This document shows, in pieces, positions 47,249 to 56,512 of a stretch of DNA of 64,000 nt. Positions within the stretch are counted from its first letter, which is position 1. The number at the start of each line of letters is the position of its first letter. The translations under genes were made by a program, and so were the position numbers. Source of the stretch: Thermoanaerobaculia bacterium (GTDB taxonomy: Bacteria; Acidobacteriota; Thermoanaerobaculia; Multivoradales; J023); assembly GCA_028066595.1 (NCBI GenBank), contig JALCBJ010000021.1:3543-67542 (forward strand). Reading direction: 5' to 3'. Under the pieces are notes generated by a model. The model did no database searches. It was not told where the DNA came from and worked only from the letters and a program-made list of their open reading frames with translations.

Positions 47249-47713
47249 ATGACCGCTTTTCGAGTCGTACCCATCTCAGATCGCCTCGCCGCCAAGGTCC
47301 GGGAGACACGCACGGCGCCCGGCTACGGACATCCTGTTCACGCCGAGGTCGCGCACAGCTACGGACCCTGCCGGTCCTGCCTTCAGGTGTTCCGCGAAGG
47401 CGAGGACCGGCGTCTGCTCTTCACCTTCGATGCGTTCGGCGGCAAGGAACACTACCCTTCACCCGGGCCGGTGTTTCTCCACGAAGAAGCTTGCAAACCC
47501 TTCCGCGACGAAGGGTTCCCGCCGGAGTTACGGGAGCTGCCACTGATGCTCGAGGCCTTTGCCGGGGATCGCTGGCCTCTGACTCGCGAGCCGGTGGTAG
47601 ACGGTGCGGTCGAGGAGTCCATCGGGCGAATGCTCGCGAACCCGGCGGTCGACTACCTGCACGTGCGAAACTCCCACGCTGGCTGCTACATCGCTCGCGT
47701 AGAGCGGGCATGA
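47249..47713 (+). CDS. DUF1203-family protein
   Basis: MTAFRVVPISDRLAAKVR...YGPCRSCL...LLFTFDAF...PGPVFLHEEAC matches my recollection of DUF1203. Confidence 0.55.
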   Translation: MTAFRVVPISDRLAAKVRETRTAPGYGHPVHAEVAHSYGPCRSCLQVFREGEDRRLLFTFDAFGGKEHYPSPGPVFLHEEACKPFRDEGFPPELRELPLMLEAFAGDRWPLTREPVVDGAVEESIGRMLANPAVDYLHVRNSHAGCYIARVERA

Positions 47714-47723
47714 CGGCCGAGGA

Positions 47724-47752
47724 TTGAAATCTCGACTTCTTCCGACTATACT
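47724..47752 (+). promoter_or_regulatory. Candidate sigma70-type promoter upstream of rpsN
   Basis: TTGAAA (47724-47729), a 17-nt spacer, then TATACT (47747-47752). This would give a leader of about 120 nt before the S14 ATG. Confidence 0.45.
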
Positions 47753-47880
47753 CGCCGGCCCGTCGAGGTGTGCCCGCGTTTCGAGTCCCGAGCCGCCTCC
47801 TCCGAATTCCACGTAGTCCAACGCGTCCAACCCAACCCACCGCCCAACTCGCTGTCGGGCCGTCGGTCACGAATCGGAAA

Positions 47881-48196
47881 GAAAGATCTCATGGCAAAGA
47901 AGAGCGCCATCGCCAAGAACAAGAAGCGCCAGCGCTTGGTCGAGCAGTACAAAGAGCAGCGCAAGGAGCTGAAGGCCATCTGGCTCGACGACAGCCGCTC
48001 CGACGAGGAGCGGGAGGCCGCGCAGCGCAAGCTCAACAGCCTGCCGCGCAACTCCAGCCCGGTCCGCGTGCGCAACCGCTGCGTCCTCACCGGACGCCCC
48101 CGCGGTTACTATCGCAAGTTCGGCCTGTCGCGTATCGCGCTGCGCGACTGCGCCCTGCGCGGCGATCTGCCGGGCGTTATCAAGGCCAGCTGGTAG
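47881..48196 (+). CDS. rpsN: 30S ribosomal protein S14, long (non-zinc, C-minus) form, outside any ribosomal protein cluster
   Basis: [17 protein letters not shown]...[25 protein letters not shown]...LPGVIKASW, 105 aa, with no CxxC pairs. Confidence 0.93.
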
Positions 48197-48305
48197 CCCC
48201 GGTCCGAGCCTTCCTGGGCGGACGCTGCGGTCGGTTTCTCCGCCGCGGCTCCGCCCTTCGTGTTTCTGAACGGCAAGAGTCCGATTCTTCGAAAGCAGGA
48301 TCTCG

Positions 48306-49202
48306 ATGGGCGAAACGGCATGCCTCTTGGCCGCCGCTACCTGGGCACTGGCGGTAGCTTTCTTTCACCAACCCATCGCGCGTCACGGTGCCTGGACGGT
48401 GAACCTGGGCAAGAACGTGCTCGGGACGGCTCTTCTCGGTCTCACGGCGCTGGCGTTGGGGCAGGCGGGCGACCTGATGGGCACATCGACCGAGGCACTG
48501 GCCTGGCTCGCGGCCTCGGGGATCTTCGGACTGACGTTGGGCGACACAGCTCTCTTCGCCGCCGTCTCCCGCCTCGGTCCCCATCGCAGCCTGCTTTTCT
48601 TGACCCTCGGACCGGTTTTCGCCGGGTTCCTGGCCTGGTTGTTCTTCGGTGAACGCCAAGGCCCGGCACAGCTCGCTGGCAGCGCATTGGTTCTACTGGG
48701 CGTCGCCGCTGTCGTGTGGCGTCCGTCGACGGAGCGCACCGACGACTCGGCATCGGGTAACGGCTGGCCGTTGGGGGGCATCGTCTTCGCGCTTCTTGCG
48801 GCCTTCGGATTGGGCTCGGGTATCGTATTCGCCAAAGGAGGCATGGAGGACGTACCCCTGGTGGCGGCCAGCTTCGTGCGCATGGCGGCATCGGTCGCGA
48901 GCCTGGCGGCCGTGATGGCGATCATGCGCAGGCTGAATCCGGCGGTTGCCTTGCTTGGCAACCGCCGCGCGATGATCCGACTGGCCGGACCTGCCTTCCT
49001 CGGCACCTACGTTTCCTTCTTGCTGATGATGGCCGGTATCGCCTGGGCGCCGGCGTCGGTGGCCGCGGTGCTACTGGCGACACCGCCGATCTTCTCGCTG
49101 TTCGTGGATGCGTGGTGGTTCGACGCGCCGATCACGGGACGCGGGCTCGCTGGAACGCTCCTGTCGGTGGTCGGGGTAGGGGTGCTGTCGTTGGCTGGTT
49201 GA
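48306..49202 (+). CDS. EamA/DMT-family transporter
   Basis: Ten hydrophobic helices in two EamA-like halves. Confidence 0.75.
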   Translation: MGETACLLAAATWALAVAFFHQPIARHGAWTVNLGKNVLGTALLGLTALALGQAGDLMGTSTEALAWLAASGIFGLTLGDTALFAAVSRLGPHRSLLFLTLGPVFAGFLAWLFFGERQGPAQLAGSALVLLGVAAVVWRPSTERTDDSASGNGWPLGGIVFALLAAFGLGSGIVFAKGGMEDVPLVAASFVRMAASVASLAAVMAIMRRLNPAVALLGNRRAMIRLAGPAFLGTYVSFLLMMAGIAWAPASVAAVLLATPPIFSLFVDAWWFDAPITGRGLAGTLLSVVGVGVLSLAG

Positions 49203-49223
49203 CGACGGCGATAGCATCCGCCG

Positions 49224-50204
49224 ATGCTTGCTCTCAGACCCCACGCACCCGATCGGCTCAATACTCGGCCGGAGCTGTTCGAAACGAAGACACCGATGCC
49301 AGCAGAAGGCGAGGCGCTGATCCGGATCCGCGCCACGGCGCTCAACCGAGCGGACCTGCTACAGATCCGTGGCTTGTACCCGCCGCCGCCGGGCGAGAGT
49401 CCCATACCGGGTCTCGAATGTGCCGGAGAGATCGAGGCGCTCGGACAAGGATCTGATGGGTTCGAAGTGGGCCAGCGCGTGATGGCCTTGCTGGCGGGAG
49501 GAGGACATGCACAGAAGGTGGTGGCACCGGTGGGTCAGGTGATGCCCATCCCCGGCGGCCTGTCGTTCGAAGAAGCAGCCGCCCTGCCCGAGGCTGCACT
49601 GACCGCCTGGACCAACCTGGTCCGGGAGGGCGAGCTGGCGGGCGGCGAAACCGCGCTCGTCGTCGCTGCGGCGTCCGGCGTCGGCACGTTCGCGGTCCAG
49701 CTGGCGCGAGAGCTGGGAGCCCGCGTGATCGTGGCGGGTCGGGACCGCGAGCGCCTGGAGCGACTGAAGGCCCTCGGTGCCGACGCCTGTGTCGTGCTCG
49801 GTGAGGATTTCGTTCACGAGGTGCGCGCCATCGGTAGCGGCCGGGGCGTCGACCTGATCATGGATCTGGCCGGCGGTGCCGATCTCGGCCAGCGCATGGG
49901 AGCGCTGAAGCACGGTGGACGCTGCGTGCTGGTCGGAGTCTTGGCGGGCATGCAAACCGACGTCGACCTGGCCGATATGTTGCGCCGCAGGCTGCGACTG
50001 ATCGGTTCTGTGCTGCGCGCCCGCTCGCGTCTGGAGAAGGCAGAACTGGTGGCCGACTTCTCGGCCTTCGCGGCCCACCGCTTGGAGGACCGGAGACTGA
50101 AGCCGGTGATCGACCGTATCCTGCCGTTCGAAGAGATCGCTGACGCGTATCGTCAGCTGCGCGAAGGTGGTGTTTGGGGAAAGATCGTCTTGCGGGTTGC
50201 GTAG
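49224..50204 (+). CDS. NAD(P)H:quinone oxidoreductase (MDR superfamily, PIG3/Qor-like)
   Basis: IRATALNRADLLQIRGLYPPPPG, ECAGEI, and the Rossmann motif AAASGVGTFAVQLA. Confidence 0.85.
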   Translation: MLALRPHAPDRLNTRPELFETKTPMPAEGEALIRIRATALNRADLLQIRGLYPPPPGESPIPGLECAGEIEALGQGSDGFEVGQRVMALLAGGGHAQKVVAPVGQVMPIPGGLSFEEAAALPEAALTAWTNLVREGELAGGETALVVAAASGVGTFAVQLARELGARVIVAGRDRERLERLKALGADACVVLGEDFVHEVRAIGSGRGVDLIMDLAGGADLGQRMGALKHGGRCVLVGVLAGMQTDVDLADMLRRRLRLIGSVLRARSRLEKAELVADFSAFAAHRLEDRRLKPVIDRILPFEEIADAYRQLREGGVWGKIVLRVA

Positions 50205-50217
50205 GTGCTTCTTGCTG

Positions 50218-50937
50218 CTAGCGCAGCAATCGGGCGACCGCACCCAACAGATCGAAGAGGTCGAAGCCCGCGCTGAAGACGTCCGGCCCACCCAGCCCTC
50301 GACCATGGCCGTGGCCCCATTCTTCCGGCCGATAGGTGCCGCTGGCGGTGGGCTCGGACGCTTTCTTGTTCCGCTCCGCTCGCTCCTGCATCGCCTTACG
50401 TTCGGCCTCCACCTTTGCATGATGGCTCCGGCCGCCGGCCCGGGCCCACTCCACCAGCCGGCGCAACTCTCCGCCGTCGAGCCAGACCCCGTGGTCGCGG
50501 CACTGATCGACGACGACGCCGGAGCGGGCGCCGAAGTTGCGACGGTTCATCAGCTTCCCGCAGTCAGGGCACGGCACATAGGCCACCTGCTGAAAATCCT
50601 TGGTCTCGGTCTCCTCCTCGACAAGGACTCCCAGCCGGATGTGATCTACCTCCTGGTGCCGGGACTCGGCTTGGTCGAGGATCAGATCTAGCTCGCCTGG
50701 ATCGAAAAAGATGCCGTGGCATTCGTCGCAGCGATCGACATCGAGGCCATCGCCTGGTTTGTCTCCCAAGCTCAGGCGTAGGACTCGCAGGCGCTCCCGA
50801 CATCGGGGACACGACCGTTCTCCGACATGCAGGGAATCGCGCCGCACCTGACGCAGGTCGACATCATTGAGCGCGCCACAGAAGCGGCAGATGCGCGACT
50901 TCGCCTCGAGGGGTGCTCCACAGTTGACGCAGTCCAT
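50218..50937 (-). CDS. Zinc-ribbon (zf-TFIIB-like x2) protein, YdjG-like
   Basis: CVNCGAPL...CRFCG, CPRC...CDECHGIFFDPGELD and CPDCG...CRDHGVWLDGGEL. ATG 50937 (TTG 50955 is possible). It lies directly downstream of the SPFH gene. Confidence 0.7.
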   Translation of the reverse strand: MDCVNCGAPLEAKSRICRFCGALNDVDLRQVRRDSLHVGERSCPRCRERLRVLRLSLGDKPGDGLDVDRCDECHGIFFDPGELDLILDQAESRHQEVDHIRLGVLVEEETETKDFQQVAYVPCPDCGKLMNRRNFGARSGVVVDQCRDHGVWLDGGELRRLVEWARAGGRSHHAKVEAERKAMQERAERNKKASEPTASGTYRPEEWGHGHGRGLGGPDVFSAGFDLFDLLGAVARLLR

Positions 50938-50962
50938 CGCCGTCGTACCCGCCAACCGATCC

Positions 50963-52129
50963 TCAGGTCTCGTCGTCCGCCGGGCTGGCGGCCGATGGAG
51001 TCTCGGCCGGCGCAGGCGCTCCCGGCAGAGGAGGCGGGGCCATCGAGCCCGCGAGCTGCGGCACCTGACCGGCAGGGGTCCAGCCGCTCATTCCGGCTGA
51101 CCAGACGAGGGTCTGCGGGGTGATCTGTCCCGCGGAGAGTGCCTGGACCACCTGTTGCAGGCTGTAGGGACCCTGACTCCCTCCTCCAGCGGCAACGTGA
51201 AACGTAGGTTGGGCTGCCGGTAGAGGCGGTGGAACCGCGCCCGCCGCTGGGAGCTGTTGGGGTGCCGCTCCACCTTGCTGCAGGCTGCCTTGCATTCCTC
51301 CGGCCATGGCCAAGCCCATGCCGATGCCGAGCACGTCACCTGCACCGCCACCACTGCCGGCTGCGATGGGCATGGATTGCCCCATCTGATAGCGCTGGTA
51401 TTGCCCGAGGTCGCCGATGACATTCATGCTGGTGCGGGCGTCGAGGGCCTTCTCCACTTCCTCGGGAAACGAGATGTTCACGAGGTAGAGACTCGGAACA
51501 TCCAATCCGTATTCGTCGTCGACCTTCTCGGCGACCGACAGACGCAGCCGATCGGCGAGCACCTGGTAGTTGGCGGCCATGTCGAGGGCAGCCAGTCCCG
51601 AGTTGCCGAGCACTTCCGCCAAACTGGTGTTGATCAGCCCGCGCATCAGCTCGTGAATCTCGTCGGCCTCGAAGGAGTCATCCGTTCCCACCAGCTCGCG
51701 CAGCAGCGCTTTCGGATCATAGGCTCGTAGGGCGAAGGTGCCGTATGCCCTGAGTCGAATGAGGCCGAACTCGGGGTCGCGAAGCGGTAGAGGATTGGGC
51801 GTTCCCCACTTCAATTCGGTGATCTGACGGGTACTGACGAAGTAGACCTCGGATTTGAACGGGCTCTCGAAACCATGACGCCACCCTTGGAGCGACGACA
51901 GGATCGGCAGGTTGCCCGTCTCGAGCGTGTGCGTTCCCGGCTCGAATACATCGGCCAGCTGACCCCGGGTGACGAAGACCGCCACCTGGCCCGGCCGTAC
52001 GATGAGCTGGGCTCCCTGCTTGATCTCGTTGCGATAGCGGGGAAAGCGCCATACGAGAGTGTCGCGGGTGTGGTCGATCCACTCGACGATGTCGACGACT
52101 TCATTACGTAGCTTGGAAAGGAGTCCCAT
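50963..52129 (-). CDS. SPFH-domain protein (COG4260 'virion core protein-like', YdjI-like) with C-terminal GYF_2-type domain
   Basis: MGLLSKLRNE..VDIVEW...LVWRFP..NEIKQGAQLIVRPGQVAVFV is characteristic. A Gly/Pro-rich linker follows, then ...PYSLQQVVQALSAGQITPQTLVWSAGMSGWTPAGQV. Confidence 0.75.
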   Translation of the reverse strand: MGLLSKLRNEVVDIVEWIDHTRDTLVWRFPRYRNEIKQGAQLIVRPGQVAVFVTRGQLADVFEPGTHTLETGNLPILSSLQGWRHGFESPFKSEVYFVSTRQITELKWGTPNPLPLRDPEFGLIRLRAYGTFALRAYDPKALLRELVGTDDSFEADEIHELMRGLINTSLAEVLGNSGLAALDMAANYQVLADRLRLSVAEKVDDEYGLDVPSLYLVNISFPEEVEKALDARTSMNVIGDLGQYQRYQMGQSMPIAAGSGGGAGDVLGIGMGLAMAGGMQGSLQQGGAAPQQLPAAGAVPPPLPAAQPTFHVAAGGGSQGPYSLQQVVQALSAGQITPQTLVWSAGMSGWTPAGQVPQLAGSMAPPPLPGAPAPAETPSAASPADDET

Positions 52130-52164
52130 GGAGTCTCCGGGAAATGATCTGGCGCTCTGTACTT

Positions 52165-53442
52165 CTAAGGCCGTCCAGGACCTGCAGGGCTGTTCGGCTG
52201 AGAGTTGATACGGGCGTCGACGTGGCCTGATTCGATTTGTTCTCGGAACACACCTAGCGCCTCCGAGATCAGCTCTGTCATGTGTTCGTGCCCTTCCGGT
52301 GCAAGATGCACCGGGTCGATGAACAGACGGCTACTGGCACCCCGATCCAGCAGATACTCGCTGGCGTCAAGGACCGATATTTCCTTGGATCGCAGGCGCT
52401 CTGCGGCGCGACGGCGAAAGGTCGAGAAGAGTCCTGGCACTTCGTTCCAATACGCGTCGCCCGGGAGAAAGTGCGGCTCCTGCGCAGCCTGCCGGGCCCG
52501 TGCGTCGGCCGAAACGATCTGACCCGCCTCGGGCTGTAGAACCACGATCAAGTGTCCATCGCGACCGGCGATCACCTCCTGGAGGCGCTCGAGGTGCCGG
52601 ACAAAATGGTTCACCACGATATCGAGAGCTCCATCGTCGAGCACCGGCTTCGACCCGGGGCCAGGCATGACGTGGTCGCGCTGATCGCCGATCCAGTCCA
52701 GGATCGCACTGCGGCGTACGAGTGTCGCCATAGCCTGGGTAAAGGCGGCCGGGACACTTTGCTCTATCTCGCGTAGTCGGACGAGCCGCTCTTCCATGAC
52801 CAGAAACTGACTGTTGGAAGGATAGGGCTCTGGACTAAGACCCGACAGCGCCGCCCAATAGGCACCGTAGAGATCGTTCCAGCCGGTGAAGTCGACAACC
52901 ACCGAGGGAGCTAGATCCTGCAACTCGAAGAAGGTCCAGGCCATCTCTTGCTCCGACACGAAGCCGACGGTACCGGCGTTCAGGAACGCCCACTCCGGAA
53001 ACAGCCTCGCAAGCCCCCCGACAAAGGTATCCTCTTCCCCAACACCGAGGCCGAACGCTGCCGAACCGCCGAGAAGGAGAATCCGAGGCCGCAGATCGCT
53101 CGCGGGATCGAAATCCGGCCCCCGCAGTCCTAGAGCGTTGATCCGGTACTCTCCGCGTTCCTGGCCTCTCTGATTGAGATAGAACGTCCCGGGAGACAAG
53201 GTCATGGCTACACCGTAGCTGGCGCTGCTCAGCTGCTTACCGTCGCGACTCACCAGGTAGACCGAAATCCCGTCATCGTCCGACGACGGACCACCGCCTA
53301 GCCAGACGACTACGGCCAGGAGAAAGCCCACCGAAGCCACCGCCGTGCACGACAACCCGATTCGCGCGAAAAAGGACTCGATCGCGCGAGTCTGTTGGTC
53401 GCCGGACGGCGACTCGTCGCCCTCTCGATCAGCAACAGACAT
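52165..53442 (-). CDS. Membrane-anchored SGNH/GDSL-like hydrolase family protein
   Basis: N-terminal TM (CTAVASVGFLLAVVVWLGG), LLLGGSAAFGLG (block I-like) and a C-terminal DPVHLAPEGH (block V D-x-x-H). Confidence 0.6.
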   Translation of the reverse strand: MSVADREGDESPSGDQQTRAIESFFARIGLSCTAVASVGFLLAVVVWLGGGPSSDDDGISVYLVSRDGKQLSSASYGVAMTLSPGTFYLNQRGQERGEYRINALGLRGPDFDPASDLRPRILLLGGSAAFGLGVGEEDTFVGGLARLFPEWAFLNAGTVGFVSEQEMAWTFFELQDLAPSVVVDFTGWNDLYGAYWAALSGLSPEPYPSNSQFLVMEERLVRLREIEQSVPAAFTQAMATLVRRSAILDWIGDQRDHVMPGPGSKPVLDDGALDIVVNHFVRHLERLQEVIAGRDGHLIVVLQPEAGQIVSADARARQAAQEPHFLPGDAYWNEVPGLFSTFRRRAAERLRSKEISVLDASEYLLDRGASSRLFIDPVHLAPEGHEHMTELISEALGVFREQIESGHVDARINSQPNSPAGPGRP

Positions 53443-53531
53443 GGGCGTAAGCTACCACGCAGTCCGACCCCGGACCGCCGACTTCGCACGAAACAACAAG
53501 GCTCGAGACCAGTCCCAGTCAACGGAGAAAT

Positions 53532-54554
53532 ATGGAATCTGCCATCCTTGACCGCTATCGCAAGGTACCAGCCATCCACACTGAAATGTCGGCGGAGGTT
53601 GCCGCGATCACAGAGGGCTGCGGCATTTTCGATCGCGACTTCTGCGATCGCCTGATCCTCTCCGGCGAAGATCGAGCACGTTTTCTGCACGGTCAAGTCA
53701 CGTGCGCGGTCAAGGACCTCGCACCCGGAGAAGGTACCTACGGCTTTCTCGCGACTCTCAAGGGTCGTGTAGAGGTCGAGCTCGTGGTGCTGGCGACGGA
53801 AAACGAGCTCTGGCTCGATCTGCCACCAGGGACACTCGATCAGGTGAGGACACGGTTGGCGAAGTATGTGATCGCCGATCGCATCGAGTTCGTCGTTCCG
53901 GAAACGACGACACTGACCTTGATCGGGCCGGGCACTTTCGATCTCGTTGCCGAGATCTCGGGTCAGCCAACGGACCAACTGCCCACCGAGAGCTGGCACC
54001 ACCGCACTGCGGAGATCGCCGGCGAGCCGGTTCGCATCGTCCGAGAGCCGAGCGGATCAGCTGCCACGGGCGGTGCCGGCGGTATGTCGATCTGGCGGCC
54101 CAAGGGTCGGGGACCGCGAGTGGACCAAGAGATCCAGTCCGCAGGAGGTGTTCGCGTGGGCTGGCGAGCCTTCGAGAGACTCCGTGTGGAGCAAGGCCGA
54201 CCCCTCTGGGGAGTCGATTTCGGTGACGACACCTTCCCCCAGGAGACGGGGTTGGAAGACGCCGTCGACTACGCCAAAGGCTGTTATCTCGGACAGGAGG
54301 TCATCGCACGTATCCACTATCGTGGTGGTGTGCAACGACATATGCGCCGTCTATCCCTCAGCGCGCTGGTAGAGCCAGGCCTCGACCTCTTCGCGGAAGA
54401 TCGGCAAGTCGGTCGGGTCACCAGCGTGGCTGGCTCGTCGGCAGGTGAGACGCTGGGACTCGGGGTGGTCCATCAGCGCGCTGCCGTCGGTACGACGTTG
54501 GAGGTCCGCGACGGTGAGAAGACTCTGGCAACGGCGACCATCGCCCCGATCTGA
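53532..54554 (+). CDS. ygfZ: Folate-binding Fe-S cluster repair/tRNA-modification protein YgfZ (GcvT-like)
   Basis: GcvT-fold N-terminus and the signature KGCYLGQEVIARIHYRG. Confidence 0.82.
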   Translation: MESAILDRYRKVPAIHTEMSAEVAAITEGCGIFDRDFCDRLILSGEDRARFLHGQVTCAVKDLAPGEGTYGFLATLKGRVEVELVVLATENELWLDLPPGTLDQVRTRLAKYVIADRIEFVVPETTTLTLIGPGTFDLVAEISGQPTDQLPTESWHHRTAEIAGEPVRIVREPSGSAATGGAGGMSIWRPKGRGPRVDQEIQSAGGVRVGWRAFERLRVEQGRPLWGVDFGDDTFPQETGLEDAVDYAKGCYLGQEVIARIHYRGGVQRHMRRLSLSALVEPGLDLFAEDRQVGRVTSVAGSSAGETLGLGVVHQRAAVGTTLEVRDGEKTLATATIAPI

Positions 54555-54667
54555 GCGGGAAAAAGGGAGGGTGGCCACCCGCTGTGGGATCGGGCGGCCA
54601 CCCCGCTACGAGGAAATCGAAAGATCCAGCCGCGGCTTTCGAACCTTGCTAACCAAAGGACCGAGGC

Positions 54668-54928
54668 TCAAGCGATGCCTCGGATGCGCTCCATGAAGAT
54701 GGTCTCGCGCGACGTCAACTCAGAGGTCGAGGAGCCGACACGCACCGTCACGTCGCCGTCGCGTAGCTCGACCTCGAGACTCTGAGACGCGTCGGCGAGG
54801 TCACCCAGCTGCCCGACGAAGCGAGCAGCCTCGCTAAAGCTGTCGAATCGGAACCGATGGCAGAGGAGCTGCCGGGGCGCTGAGTCCTCGTCGTGCCTTC
54901 GCTCTGGCATCGTGATCGCGTCCTCCAT
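54668..54928 (-). CDS. Small protein, pterin-4a-carbinolamine dehydratase-like pattern but lacking the His motif (tentative)
   Basis: RFRFDSFSEAARFVGQLGDLAD...VELRDGDVTVRVGS...LTSRETIFMERI mimics the PCD spacing, but no HHP motif is present. The start is uncertain. Confidence 0.3.
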   Translation of the reverse strand: MEDAITMPERRHDEDSAPRQLLCHRFRFDSFSEAARFVGQLGDLADASQSLEVELRDGDVTVRVGSSTSELTSRETIFMERIRGIA

Positions 54929-55128
54929 CGAACCTTCACCATCGAGTCCGGGGGGCGCATTTCGACACCAACACTCGCGCTGGAGTGCCAAGTTGTGGCA
55001 CTCTAGGGACATCGAGCGCCCCCCGCCAAGAATTTTCTACGGTGGCTCGCCTCGGGTTCCGATCCTCGGATCGGGCCACACCGGTGGAACCTGAAGGGTT
55101 CCAGAACATCGATGGACCGGGACGCATC

Positions 55129-56511
55129 ATGGCAGTGACTTCTCTGAACGAGGTGATCGTCGATTCCTCCGCACTGAACGAGCGGTTGCTCGCGCAGTTG
55201 AAAGATGCGGTGGGTCGGACGATGAGTGCGCGGAGTCTTAGCGAAAAGCTGGGACACTCGCACAACTATGTGCGACGAATCTTCTCCCGGGAGATTCCTC
55301 TGCAGGTCTCGACGTTGCTGGAGATGCTGACACAACTCGGCATGCCGCCACGGTCGTTTTTCGATCAAGTGCTAGAGGGGCTTCCCGCCATCGATCCTGT
55401 CGCGGTCCTGCGTTTCTACCGGCAAGGCAACGGTCTGCCCCTTGACCCATTCCTCGACGAAGTGGGGCCGCGCGTCCGGGCCCTCGTGGATCGACCTGTC
55501 GATACAGACGCGGCGGTGGAATCGTGGCGGGGCGAGCTGGATCAGCTCGAGAAGCTACGTTTCGAGGATCGTGACGGTACAAAACTCCGCTTGGAGTCCA
55601 TCATCCGGGAAATCCTCGCTCAGGTGGATTCGCTCGAGGAGAGGGTACCCAGCCAGCACCTGGCAGATCTAGCGCTCGCCGGTGCGACTTGGGCGACGAT
55701 CATGAGGACCAAGGGTCTTCATGACAATTGTTGCGATATGTACATCTTGGCCCTAGGGCCGGGAATACGGAGTGACGATGCCTGGGTGTTGGGGTCCACC
55801 CTCCAACGCGCGTCGTATCTGCTTCGTGACCTGGATGCAGCGGAGGCGGGTCTGAAATTCTTGACTGTGGCCCAGGATCTCTTCACTCAGAAAGGTGATC
55901 TTCTGAAACTCGGCCAGGTCCTTCTCGATCGAGGCATTCTGCTCTCCCATCTAGGCAAGGAGTTCGCGGCGTTTCGTCTCTTCGATGCCTCCCTTCGGCT
56001 TCTGCCGCAGAGCGCGACGCAGTTGCGAGCCGCAGCATTCTCAGAAATGGCCTTCAATTGTCAGGAGCGAGATGAGCTCGCTCGCGCGCATGAATATATC
56101 TGCGAGGCCAGGAAGCTCTACCGGCCGGGATCTACAGATCATGTGTACGCGCATATTCTAGCCACCGAAGCGAGGATCGCGCGGAAGCTAGGCTTCCATG
56201 CGGAAGCCGAAACGGCCTTCAAGACCGCGATCTCTGCCTACGACCGAGGTGGCAACCCGGGCTACGTCGCGTTTGTCGCCCTGGATCTCGCGGGGCTCTA
56301 CCTAGAGCAGGGACGCACCCTCGAGTTGGCGTCGCTGGCCGACGACATGTTCGGCGTGCTCAAGATCCTTCGCTCCAATCGAATGATGGACGCCGTTCTG
56401 ATGGAATTCATCAGAACCGCTAAGTGGGGAGAGCTCACCGAGAAGTTCCTGGCAGATGCCAAGGAACGGCTCGAAGGAGCCGCTCACTGGCATCAGAAGA
56501 AGGCATCGTAG
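55129..56511 (+). CDS. XRE-type HTH transcriptional regulator with C-terminal TPR-like domain
   Basis: N-terminal HTH (MSARSLSEKLGHSHNYVRRIFSREIPLQVSTLLEMLTQLG) followed by about 350 aa of TPR-like helical repeats. Confidence 0.75.
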   Translation: MAVTSLNEVIVDSSALNERLLAQLKDAVGRTMSARSLSEKLGHSHNYVRRIFSREIPLQVSTLLEMLTQLGMPPRSFFDQVLEGLPAIDPVAVLRFYRQGNGLPLDPFLDEVGPRVRALVDRPVDTDAAVESWRGELDQLEKLRFEDRDGTKLRLESIIREILAQVDSLEERVPSQHLADLALAGATWATIMRTKGLHDNCCDMYILALGPGIRSDDAWVLGSTLQRASYLLRDLDAAEAGLKFLTVAQDLFTQKGDLLKLGQVLLDRGILLSHLGKEFAAFRLFDASLRLLPQSATQLRAAAFSEMAFNCQERDELARAHEYICEARKLYRPGSTDHVYAHILATEARIARKLGFHAEAETAFKTAISAYDRGGNPGYVAFVALDLAGLYLEQGRTLELASLADDMFGVLKILRSNRMMDAVLMEFIRTAKWGELTEKFLADAKERLEGAAHWHQKKAS

Positions 56512-56512
56512 A

